Both the position numbers and the translations under genes were made by a program. 64,000 nucleotides of DNA, from assembly GCF_036588685.1 (NCBI RefSeq), contig NC_086381.1, positions 61,566,001-61,630,000 on the forward strand, written 5' to 3'. Shown in pieces: positions 35,463-46,971 of the stretch (position 1 is the stretch's first letter; each line of letters begins with the position of its first letter). Origin of the DNA: Mytilus trossulus (Eukaryota). The notes below the pieces were generated by a model that saw only the letters and a program-made list of their open reading frames with translations, searched no databases and was not told the origin of the DNA.

Positions 35463-36084
35463 CTATATACGCAATCAATTAATAGCAAATCTTTAATTCA
35501 ATCTTTTGTAAACACTTTTGAATTATACATGTGGTTTTAAATGGTGGCTTAAGTGTGTAGTGTCTTGAAATTTCCGTAAATTGAGTATGCAAAAAGTAAA
35601 CAGTAAAAAGTAAAAGTAAAAATATGTGCTATAAGATACTTTTTTTTATTATTTTATGGTCTTTTCTTGTCAATATTTCTGTTTACATTTTCATAAATCA
35701 CATCAAATTATTAATGTTCTTTGGAACTACAATTTCAATTTTAGTCCTTTTTTCTTCTACTCTTATACAATTTCTTATGAATTCAAAGTATGTCGGCTGT
35801 TATGATTTGATTGTACTTTATGTGTGTTATCATAACTAGAAACTTTCATTTATGTTAACTTTATTGCCTTTTCTACTAAATACACATATAAATATCATAC
35901 AAATTCACACCAGGTCACAAATAAATCCACATTTTATCTAACATGTAAAATATCTTATTGATGAATAAATAAACAAATGTCTTTCTTTTTTATCCCTGCT
36001 GAACACAATAATGAGTTTTGCTCAATCTATTTTTCAGATGTACTTCAATTCAGTAAAGTTAAACATTTCTATATCAGTGCACTA

Positions 36085-36735
36085 AGACTGTACATTGAAT
36101 GTATGGACTGTACATTGTGTGTATGGACTGTACTTTGTATGTACAGTGGAGATCATTTCTAACCTCTCATTAAATCTGTCAGGAGAACTGTTCTAGAACA
36201 GTACGTAGAACTGTCAGCCTGACACCTTTTAGTCAGTTCTAGGTTAGAACTAATCTAGATAGAACTGATTTGGTCTGATTTGGACAGTTCTACCTAAAAC
36301 TGATCCTGACAGTTCTACCCTAGAACAGTTATAGACAGTTCTAGCTAGAACTGACCAAATATTTGGTCAGTTCTACGGTTAGAACTGATGTATAGATTCT
36401 ACGTCTAAAACACTTTTTTCATTAATATCCCATAATTCATCCACTGTACAATTTTCGTTTGAACATTTGTCAAAACAGAATCTTAAATGAATGTTTATCC
36501 AATGCAAACAAGGCGAACTTCGAACAGTTCTAGGGTAGAACTGTTCTAGGAAAGGTTAGAACAGTTCTATGACAGATATTCTGACAGTTCTAATGAGAGG
36601 TTAGAAGTGATCTCCACTGTATGAACTGAACATTGTATGTACGGACTGTACATTGTATGTACGGACTGTACATTGTATGTATGGACTGTACGTTGAATGT
36701 ATGGACTGTATATATGGACGGTACATTGTATGTAT
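36085..36735. repeat. 20-bp minisatellite (TATGGACTGTACATTGTATG), split by a MITE; further copies at 38059-38156
   Basis: Tandem units on both sides of 36144-36619. Confidence 0.8.
36144..36619. mobile_element. Tc1/mariner-type MITE with 28-bp TIRs, TA TSD and internal AGAACTG/CAGTTCT subrepeats
   Basis: TA|CAGTGGAGATCATTTCTAACCTCTCATTA ... TAATGAGAGGTTAGAAGTGATCTCCACTG|TA. Confidence 0.85.
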
Positions 36736-37754
36736 CATTTATAATCGTTATGGATAATTCTGGCTAAATTGACGAGATGGTGCAAACGTATATGTCTTTT
36801 TACGTTTATATAATACAACACTTTTTTCATTAATACATCATAATTCATCCACTGTTCAATTTTCGTTTGAACATTTGACAACATCTCGTCAATTTAGCCA
36901 GACTTATCCATGACGATTATAAAGGTCTGTTCTTGCTAAATCCTGTGTCGCTTTGAAGGTGTCATGATCCTCAGCCTACGCAATGTGTTACTGTAATTTG
37001 AATTTCAAAATGACTGAGAGACGTTTAATTCGACACACTGCAGGTCAACTCCACCATATAGAATCACATGACTTTGATAATCAGTAAATTCCAGCGAAAA
37101 ATATCTTATAAGTCCAGAATTGTCGTATAAAAATTAAATAGTAGTACACAGGAAATGGCAAAGGTCACCATATTCACGAAGTCTAGTCTGATTAATCATT
37201 TAAAAAAAAAAAAGTCCGAGCAAAAGGCGTTTTCTTTTATTAATCATTCAATATTCATTATATTTTTAGACCACCCATTTCTCTCATCTCTATTTTTTTG
37301 GCCCATTATTCTCTAATCTTCATTTGTTAAGGGCATTATTCTCTAATCATTTAACCCCATCCAAACCCTCATAATACAACACTTTTTTCATTAATATGCC
37401 ATAATTCATCTACTGTACAATTTTCGTTTGAACATTTGTCAAAACAGAATCTTAAATGAATGTTATTCCAAGGCAAACAAGGTAAAAAACGATTAAAATT
37501 CCATAAGTTAAAAGCATAGTTATAATTATGAAGAGACAGTTAAAAACGGGGAACGAAGAAACATAAACAATGATGTTTCCTATGCAATCTTATAAAAATG
37601 TTCTCCGATGAGTTGGATAACCTCCTATTCACTTCGATATTTGTACATTTAACGTTTGATCCGTAAAAAATATAGAAAATCTGCTATCATATAGCAAAGT
37701 AATTGGAAATGATTTTATTTCATCTAAATTCTAAAGTGTCCTTACTGCAGAGAC

Positions 37755-38058
37755 GTCATTTAGAACTGTTTTACAGTCCTGACTGATTTAGTCAGTTCTG
37801 CAAACAGTTCTACGGTTAGAACTGATTTGTACAGTTCTACCTAGAACTGATTTAGACAGTTCTACCCTAGAACTGATCCTGACAGTTCTACTTAGAACTG
37901 ATTTAGTCAGTTCTACCTAGAACTGATTTAGTCAGTTCTACCTAGAGCTGATTCTGACAGTTCTACTTCGAACAGTTCTAGTGTAGAACTGTTCTAGGAC
38001 AGGTTAGAACAGTTCTATGACAGATATTCTAATGAGAGGTTAGAAGTGATCTCCACTG
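37755..38058. mobile_element. Right half of a second copy of the same MITE
   Basis: Same subrepeats and right TIR ending CTCCACTG|TA. No left TIR. Confidence 0.75.
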
Positions 38059-38162
38059 TATGGACTGTACATTGTATGTATGGACTGTACGCTGTATGTA
38101 TGTACTGTATGTATGGACGGTACATTGTATATATGGACTGTACATTGTATGTATGTACTTAC

Positions 38163-38186
38163 AGACCCTTGTTATAATCTTCTAAC
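38163..38186 (-). CDS. Chimeric gene exon 5 (24-nt micro-exon)
   Basis: ctcacag|GTTAGAAGATTATAACAAGGGTCT|gtaagt, phase 2-2. Completes the knuckle-like segment as W-LEDY. Confidence 0.65.
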
Positions 38187-38580
38187 CTGTGAGTAAACAA
38201 AAAAAACATTTGTTATTCAATTGACATTATTTTACATTTTCTTTTATGTTCAAAGTGTCATTTTTCTTGTCTCTTATTTGCATGTGAATTCAACTTATAT
38301 TTACTTTCAATTAAAAGTATTAAAACCTTAAAACTGAGAGAACAAACTGATACATTTGTATATTTTATTGTTATAAATAAGCCAGCTTTTTCACATTTGA
38401 ATATAACACTTTGTTCATGACATGTCCAATACAAGTTATGCTTTTTTATCATTGCTAATGGCTAAAGGGTGATCTTTTAAATGCTTATATACACATCATT
38501 TGAACCCTGGTGATGACAATCTCAATGGATTTTTTTTCAGATCTCCTTATTCTTATCATATGTGTAAATTATAAACATAC

Positions 38581-38660
38581 CATTGGCCTTCTATTTCACA
38601 TTTGTTGCATTTGCCTTTACCATCCATGCCGGGTTTCTGTCGGACTTTACTGTGTGACAA
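38581..38660 (-). CDS. Chimeric gene exon 4: Lark/RBM4-like pre-knuckle linker and degenerate CCHC
   Basis: ttttgtag| acceptor and TG|gtatgt donor. LSHSKVRQKPGMDGKGKCNKCEIEGQW resembles Lark S.[24 protein letters not shown]. Confidence 0.75.
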
Positions 38661-39008
38661 CTACAAAATAAAAATGAAAATTAAAGTTAAGCAAAGATTT
38701 GAGAGCTTAATTCGCCTTTGATTAATACTAAAACAGACCATATTAAACGAAGACAGTTATGAGTTACTGCGGCTTGAATAAATGTGAAAAACACATGTTA
38801 AATATGTTATTTCATTTTCATTTTCAGTATATTTTTAGGAAAGAATTAGTATTAAACTACTTTAACCCCGCTCATTTTGCATGTGCTGTTCCAAGTCAGG
38901 AATACTTTCTTATTGAGTTGCTAAGCATCTTCTTTGTTTAAGAAATAATATTTTTCCCTTGAATCAGAAGGCATGAACCTAGCTATTTGACCAATTGCAA
39001 AGTGAATA

Positions 39009-41155
39009 ATGTAAACCGGGAAATTTTCGCGGTAGTTTAATTTTCGCTATTTTCGCGGTAGCAGTTGGTACGCGAAAATAAAACTACCGCGAATATTTAA
39101 CTGGAAAAGATGTGTTTCCTACCTATATCGAAATATAGTCATTGGCACTCATACCACCTCTTCCTATATCTATGAACAAAATCTACTTAAAGCACATGAT
39201 CGGGAAAAGTATATGTCGACGACAAATGTATACCAACATTTTTTTAATTGACACTTCTTTGCCTACGATTCTAAAAGTTTATATACAAAAACATTTTGTA
39301 ATAAAATATTTGTTAATAATAATGACAATGGATTAAAATTATCTGAAGTCTAATTCCGACACTAATAAAATTGTTATAAAAACAACACACATTACAGTTA
39401 GGTAAAGTACACCTGTAAATCATTTAAATGTCGATTAACACACTGTAGCTGTCACATAGATCAAAGGATTTATTGATTAACTTTTATCCCTGCGGCTTAA
39501 AAAGCGCTACGAATAAGGTCATTCTTTGTTTCTAATTGTTTTTGTGTTTTTACTACCCAGCGGGCGTGCAGTGGTTTAATAACGCTTAATCTCATGTCAA
39601 TTTCAAATTTATCCAGTTTTTTTCTTTTTTTTGAGAAATTTTGCCACTTCGTCTGCATACCAATCTTGGAACTTTGTCCTTAAAATATCTTTATAAACTT
39701 TATTGACACGTAAATCAAGGGGCTGTAACTGGTCTGTACATCCAGCTGGAACATACACTACTTTAATGTTGGCTCTGTGTAGAGCATCTAAAACGGATGC
39801 ATGTCTATGAGCACTAAACACATCAAATATCGCTAAAGCGGGCTGTTTTAAGGGTAAATCAAGTTCATCACGTTTATCCGTTACATACGGCACAAGCAAA
39901 TGTTCTGTGTAATGCAACATAGTGTCAGTATTGCTCCAATGATTTTCCGAATGGTAAATATTCCATGACTTAGGAAACTCATATTTTGGATGACATTGTG
40001 CAGTTGTCCCGGCATAAATAATTTGTGGAGGAAGAACACCAGACTTAGATATTGTTAACAACGCAGTGATTTGACGTTTATCGTTTATGCCAACAATATT
40101 AACCTGCTTACTGCCTTTAGCGTCCATTGTCCAGTCACCACCGGGAATAAGATTTACACCAGTTTGGTCCCAATTGAAAATTAAATCATCTGGAATATTA
40201 TTTTCCTCGACACATTTTTCAATTCTATCAATGTAATCCTGTTTTGTTTTTTCGAAGTCTTCTGGTTGGGACCTTGCTGCCTTCGTTCCCTTCCGTTTTG
40301 TGTATCCCAAACGATTTAACACAGATTCAGACCAAGTCTTGGTTAAATCTAAGGTTTCTAAAAGTTCAGAATCATGATATTTGAGTATTCCTTTAGCAGA
40401 CGAAATAACTATTTGATTATTGACTATTCCACCGAATTCTCGTATACTTTTGATGTAATCCAACAATTCTGCATCGTACTTCCCAAGGAGAAGAGGTCTA
40501 CCGCGATCTTTTTTAGGAAGTTCGGCTGCATTTTCAAATTGTTTATGTAAACCACGTCTCATGTATGAAGACTTTATGCTCCGAATAGTTGATTCGTTCA
40601 CAGGACTACCAAGATCAGTTGTAAATTTCCTTGCAGTATTTTGAACACCATTTTCAATAGCATATTTTGCCATTTTAGCACGAACCTCAGGTGAATAATT
40701 GTTGTAATTTCCCCGTTTACGTTTTGTACCACCTTTAGCAACGGGTGAATTATCTACCAAGATATTTTCAACTTCTGTATTTGCACTTTGAAATACCGGA
40801 TTGTCTGTTTTCGGAAGTAAGGGAGGCCTCGGTGATGAAGTTTTAATCAGAAATTTATACATCTTTCCACTACGATAGCTTAAGAAACAACTAATGCATT
40901 TAGATTTTATTTATATTTACAAATGAAAACTATTAACTCGTCCAAACGATTTATTGATCGATATCAGATTAAGTTACTACCGACATACAAGTATAATATA
41001 GTTCACTAATTAACAGTACATAAACAAATGCGCAGTTTTAAAATTTAAAATATTTTTTCAGGTCATCGGAAAAACGCGAATTTAAAACGACGCGAATCTA
41101 GATTGATTTGGCAAATCGCGAAATAAAGACGGCGCGAAAATTTCTCGGTTTACAG
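39009..41155 (-). mobile_element. pogo-superfamily DNA transposon (DD35D, Passer-like), 2147 bp, with TIRs and TA TSD
   Basis: TA|ATGTAAACCGGGAAATTTTCGCG ... CGCGAAAATTTCTCGGTTTACAG|TA, plus subterminal TTTTCGC repeats. Confidence 0.92.
39609..40862 (-). CDS. pogo transposase (HTH + CENP-B HTH + DDE_1); C-terminus lost by a frameshift in a poly-A run
   Basis: NWDQTG, FDVFSAH and QPLD, with 35 residues between D2 and D3. The conserved tail IDMRLSVIKPLHARWVV...F*AAGI continues in another frame below 39609. Confidence 0.9.
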   Translation of the reverse strand: MYKFLIKTSSPRPPLLPKTDNPVFQSANTEVENILVDNSPVAKGGTKRKRGNYNNYSPEVRAKMAKYAIENGVQNTARKFTTDLGSPVNESTIRSIKSSYMRRGLHKQFENAAELPKKDRGRPLLLGKYDAELLDYIKSIREFGGIVNNQIVISSAKGILKYHDSELLETLDLTKTWSESVLNRLGYTKRKGTKAARSQPEDFEKTKQDYIDRIEKCVEENNIPDDLIFNWDQTGVNLIPGGDWTMDAKGSKQVNIVGINDKRQITALLTISKSGVLPPQIIYAGTTAQCHPKYEFPKSWNIYHSENHWSNTDTMLHYTEHLLVPYVTDKRDELDLPLKQPALAIFDVFSAHRHASVLDALHRANIKVVYVPAGCTDQLQPLDLRVNKVYKDILRTKFQDWYADEVAKFLKKKKKTG

Positions 41156-44100
41156 TAGTCTCATTGCAATGATACAATACTTGTTGTTCTCGGTGAAGTT
41201 CATTCATTAGGAATTTCAAATTTCTCCTTGAAAAAGCAACCGTTCATTGATTATTTCTGCTCCATATAAGCAGGCCACAATTTTGATGGCGAGATGATGA
41301 TAGTATTTGCCAAATAATTTTGAAAATCACTACACTCACCGGCCGACTGAGTATTTAGCGAGGTCAAAAAGCTATCAAAATTCTTATTTGGGAGATAAAT
41401 TGTGATTAGATAGTGATTCTCAAAACAACCAAGGACTTATACTGTTGACTGTTAAATGAAATAAATACAACGGCAACTTTAAACATCCTCGTATTCAACT
41501 TTCAAATCTATCAAAACACTGGGACTGAGCGTCTATTTGAATAATATATTTGCGATGATTTTCAAATATCCTGTACCAAGTCAGGGAAATGGCCAGTGTT
41601 ACATTATAGTTCGTTTCTGTGTGTGTTACATTTAAATGTTGTTTTTCTGTTATGTCGTAGTTCCCCTTTTTATATTTGATGTGTTTCCCCCAGTTTTAGT
41701 TTGTAAACCTGATTTGTTTGTTTTTTCTTAATGGATTTATGAATTTTGAACAGCGATATACTGTTGCATGTTTTCATCTCTAATGAGGTCGTCTGTATTA
41801 CATTAAATTATTATGAATTTATAAAGATTTTCTTAATTCTTTTATTTAGTGTAATAAATAAGTTTTAATTTTAAGGAATCATACATGAGAATGAGGTCAA
41901 GGACAATGGAATATGGCAGACGGAAATTTCATTACATAAGATATCTTTATGCAAAGTAAGAAGCATCCAGGTCTCCTAGCTTATCAAATATTTTCTTTTT
42001 TTAGATTTTTGTACAAGTTAACAGACAAAGGACGACAAACGACGGAGGTCAAGTGAAGAGAAAAGCTCGCTTAGCCCATTGGACCAGATGAGCTAAAAGC
42101 GAAATGTTTCTGGTGATTTTTAACAGATGCCTTCACTTCTTGTTAAGTAGTTAAAATAATATTACACTTTCAAATTTCTAAAATATTTTCATTGAGATCT
42201 GCTTTTATGTGTGCTTCTTTTATACAAAGCATCTTACTATTTGTATCAAAATCAGGGGAAAACTTGAGATCAAATTCATATAAACCAAACAGGAAATACA
42301 TTTACACCTTACAATCATTCAATACACTAAATAAAGTAGACCTATATCATTCAGTATAAGAAAAACAGACCAAAACGCAAAATCTTTACTATAACCACTG
42401 AACCATTAAAATGAGGTCATGTTTCAGATGACACCTGTCAATTGAACTAATACACCTTACAGCTTAGTCCTTCCATACAACAAATAAAAGAGACCTATTG
42501 CTTATAGTATCTGAGATATGGACGTGACAACCAAAACTTAATCTTGTTCACTGATCCATGGAATGAAGTCAAGGACGTGTGAAAACTGTCTGACGGGCAT
42601 TTAGGACCTTGCAAGGTAGGCTTAAACCAAATATAGTTATTCTATTACTCATAATAAGAGAGAAATTAACATAACAAAAAACTAATAACTTGTTTTAAAG
42701 AAGTCACTGAACCATTAAAATGAAGTCATGGACAGTGAACATCTGACAGACGTAAACTTCGTAATACCAGGGATCTATATACAAAGTATGAAGCATCTAG
42801 GTCTTATCTTATGATAATAAACTAATTTCTGTCCAAGTTTGGTAAAAATCTAGAAAAGTTTAAGAAAGTGATTAAAATTTTAAAAACTTTAACAACAAAG
42901 AAAATATTTGAGGACAACCACACCGATGACGGCATGTAGGATCACTATGACTTGCCATTATGAGAAAAGTCGCAGGCTTGACATTTGGTCCTAAAACTTG
43001 GAGGGCAATGCATTCTATGAGAATTCATTCGGGAAAGATAATAAACCTTCTCAGATTCCTGACCTGAATATGATTATATATAGGTCACATAACAGGTCAT
43101 TGATGGTGTTTTTTTATGAAGTCAAAGGGAATGTACAAATGGTTAATATATTACATTTTAGGATATATGTTAAGTGATAAATTGTGTAATAATTCAAATA
43201 AACATAAATGAATCATTCAAAATACAATAATATAAAACATAGAACAAATACCTCAGACAGATTTTACAAAATTGAAAAATACTTTCCCTTCATTGCCTTC
43301 AAAATAATTATAAAAAAGTCAATAAGGGCAATAACTCGTTTTGTTTTAATTTGCTTTGTAGGCCATTTTTGTTGACAGGCTGGATCCATTTTGAAAACTA
43401 AATATTACAAGGAAGATTTTAATCAAGTTTGGTTTTATTTGGCCTTGTTGTTTGAGAATAATTCTGTAAAAGTTAACAGATGACCTATATCATTGATGTC
43501 ATAAGCCAGACGTACTATCTGTTATGGCTGTAAGATTCATATATTAAGTGTTTTCTAAAGGAGGGTCTTCACCGGTTCCAGACTCTTGAATATCATATTG
43601 GTCCACTTCAATCCCATGTGACTTAAATAAAAAAGCTGAATTGTAATTCAAACATTTGTACACGATCATCATGTGCGTTTGATAATATATGTGTCAACAA
43701 TTAATCATTGCCAAATTTTTGTATTTTCTGTAAATGACCAATGATTGGATAAATCTTGAATTATGAATAATGAATCTAAAATCAGACGTATTTCATATTG
43801 ACAAGGTTGGTTTTGTGATCTTTAAAAACAGTATCTTTAAATGCTGTAGATACGTTCTGCTCTTATATGCGTTCAATGTCTCAATATGGCAAAATGAAGT
43901 CCATGACAATTGATTGATTGATTGATTGTTGGTTGCTTTACGCCGCATTAGCACAAAAAGTCATGACAATTGAAAGCCTTTGAATAAAATTGCTTTTCCA
44001 AAATAGTCATCATATATCATGTATATGAACAGCAAGCTCTTACCTAAAAGTATTTGGGTATTTATCTTTGCTATTACTAACTCCTCTTCTATAATTTTAA

Positions 44101-44214
44101 TAGATCTTATTTGCAAGGGCTTAAATGTCATTAAAAAATTTGACACAATATCTCTATATTGCTAAAAAAAAAATCAAAAACATTCATACAGCAAAATACA
44201 AATAAACCGACTAC

Positions 44215-44507
44215 CTTTGCAATGTCATCATTCTGGTCTTTTTCTGTCTTAATCTTTTTTATCAGTCCACCTTTCTCTTCAGTTTTTCGTTTAGATGTTT
44301 TTGCAGTCATTTCATTATTATTGGGATCTCCATCTTCAGCTGAATCAGAATCAGATATAAGAATAACTGTATCTTCTTGTTCCATCTTATTATAGTTCCT
44401 CTCTGTATTCTCTTTATCATCAGATATAAGTATAACTGTATCTTCTTGTTCCATGTTATTAGATTTATTCTCTTTATTCTCTTTATGATTTTGATCTTCA
44501 ACATTAT
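44215..44507 (-). CDS. Chimeric gene exon 3: acidic linker with two SIM-like motifs
   Basis: tttgcag| acceptor and AAG|gtagtc donor, phase 1-0. Encodes duplicated MEQEDTVILISD(D/SDS). Confidence 0.75.
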
Positions 44508-45265
44508 CTGCAAAGACGACATTAATTTAACATGTTTAAAACAGGCTATAATATCAACTTTGATTTTGAATTAATAAATTCATGTTATTCATTTCAATTT
44601 CAGTTGAGACTGGTGAATATTTCTTGTCAACATCTTTACAGCTAGTAAGATAATTGAAAATAATTTGGAATTCAATACCCTCAATTTTGTTCAAGTCATA
44701 ACTGGTTCTTAGTTGATTTTAAACCTCGAATTGCGCCACTTTCAGAACAAGTCATGTAGTAGTGAAACTCGCAGTGTGATTCAATTTTATCTATGAATTT
44801 ATGACCACTACAATGACAGCCAGAAAGATAAGAGGTCATTATGTAAAGTAATGCAACTTGAGCATTCTGAAAATAGATTAGTGTTAGTGATATTTTTATT
44901 GGAACTTGGAAGTAGCAATATAAATAAGTAGCTGCAATAAAAATAAACAATTATATGTTGTAGTTGTATATATGTTTCCCATTCAATGTAAACATTCAGC
45001 AGAGGTAACAACAAATAAAAGAATAAGTGTTTTAATGTCATGTATTTGGTACTTATATTTGGTAAAAGGCTATCAAGAGCTATGTGTGTATTGTTATATG
45101 TGATCTGCATGAATCAAAATGAAATGTGTGTATCAATCACATAACTGGGATGGGGGAAATCAGTTGACGAAGCTATGAACGGTGTATACAAATAAGAATA
45201 AATATGCATATCACTGTATATCTTTATATATTGAAAACATGCATACACATACATTATTATCACAG

Positions 45266-46645
45266 TTAGTTTTCGGTGTCTGATTCTTCATTATCACTTT
45301 CGTCAGAATCCTGAATGATATCATCGTCAAGACCACCATCCTGACCACGATCACAAATAATGTCTATACCTATCTTACCTGATAGAAAGTTACAATAAAT
45401 ATCCCAATGTGTTAAAACAAACGGGTGTGTTTTAGGTTTAAGAACCCTTTCAGGTGTTCGGTTGTGTGTCTGCTGTTCAGACGAAACAGGGCGGTCAACG
45501 TGTTCGTTCCAGTCCAGAATTCCGAGACCTGTCCTGATTTCATATGTTTGTTCACCATAGTCTATCCTTTTGTGTACATATAACAACAGTGTATTATGAT
45601 AGCTTTCAATATAATGTGTGTTCAAACAATGAATATACTTCTGTACATATATAAAGATGTTATTGCGTTATCAAGAAGAACTGCTGCCACACCACTTCGA
45701 ATCATTGTTCGTGATAAAGTATTTCAGATTTCAGTTCTGCACCTTGATGTTGGATGGCATCGATCATGGCTGTTCTTGTAATTGTACTATATTTTCCAAT
45801 GAAGCAATGAATCACTGAACAGATCCATTACAGTTCTTCATTGCCCAATAAGTATAGGTCTTCACCCCAGCAGTTTTGTCAGCCAATTCTGTGTGCCAAG
45901 CTATTCCGTGAATTTTCTTTGGTCCTTTAGCTACCTTTCCGATTGCTTTTCTAACTTCCTTCCCAGCATGTCATGTATCAAGGCAGTCAATTACACCGGG
46001 TTTGTCTTTTTCAATAAAAAGAACTTATCGAGGAATTCTTGTGATGACTGTGAAAACGCACGATGACTGTGAAAACGCACCGTCACATTTTTTGTACCTA
46101 AATCTTCATAGAGTTTTTTCGTTCCGTACAATTTATGCTTTCGTGAACTTCGTTCTTGTCTTTTTGTCACATATTGGTAACTTAAGACTTTGTGTGTTTG
46201 CTAACCCAGGGCAGTTATATCGGAATTGAAACTGTTCTTTCGGCATGTATGCCGTGCATCCGTCATGATATTAACTGAACTGTCATTGACATCGGCATTT
46301 GTCACATTGATAAATTGGACAGTCTTCAACTTTTCTTCAGATATAACATCGCTAATTAATAAATCCCTAAAGTATTTAACGGATTCACCTTATATTACCG
46401 CAGTTTGAATCCGAAAGCGCTTACTTGAAATGTCAATTTCCGAAAAATCGGAAAATCTCTCATATTGAATATTGAGAATTCCACTGCACATGTAGGAATG
46501 GAACATCTTGTATTTAATATAATAATCCCAATGAAGATTGGTTGAAGAACTCCAATACAAATATCGCTAGTATAAGTCCTGTGGCAATAATGTCATCCTT
46601 GATCACAAGTTCAGTCATGTGACCACAATGTTGGTTATGATTGGT
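45266..46645 (-). pseudogene. Decayed DDE transposase, Kolobok-like
   Basis: Fragments YWSSS, IMTDARHTCRKNS (~46249-46266), DT*HAGKEVRKAIGKV..WHTELADK..YWAMKNC and TH YIESYHNTLLLYVHKRIDY..RTGLGILDWNEHVDRP. Multiple stops. The superfamily call is inference. Confidence 0.65.
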
Positions 46646-46712
46646 TGGCCTATTATTTCAAATCAGTTTGAAAACGTGCACAATATTGAAAAGAGTATAA
46701 CATAATTTGTAG

Positions 46713-46971
46713 TCATGGATGAAAATAAGTCTCCACTTTCAGTAGAAAGTTCAGGAGTAAGACAGGAGATATACAAACGTTTTTGGAAAATTATGGATAA
46801 TTTGGGTGTTTGGTACTCATAAGATTATCTTGACAGGAAGAAAATATAGGAGATGGTGAATGGATTGTGTATCAGAGACGGGAAATAATGCCAGCTTGTG
46901 TGTTAGATTTAGCTAGATATAAATACCCTATTCCTAAAGATATCCAAAATATTGGACATCAATGGGAATAA
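46713..46971 (+). pseudogene. Decayed accessory ORF (KolX / P2X7 C-terminal-like) divergent from the transposase
   Basis: RQEIYKRFWKIMDNLGVW...RREIMPACVLDLARYKYPIPKDIQNIGHQW fits the R..hP.CV...hR..YP.P....G pattern. One stop and one frameshift. Confidence 0.55.

Noticed and set aside
36085-38160. Regular short repeats that could mimic a CRISPR array
   Set aside because: Tandem units without unique spacers, eukaryotic context, and no cas genes.
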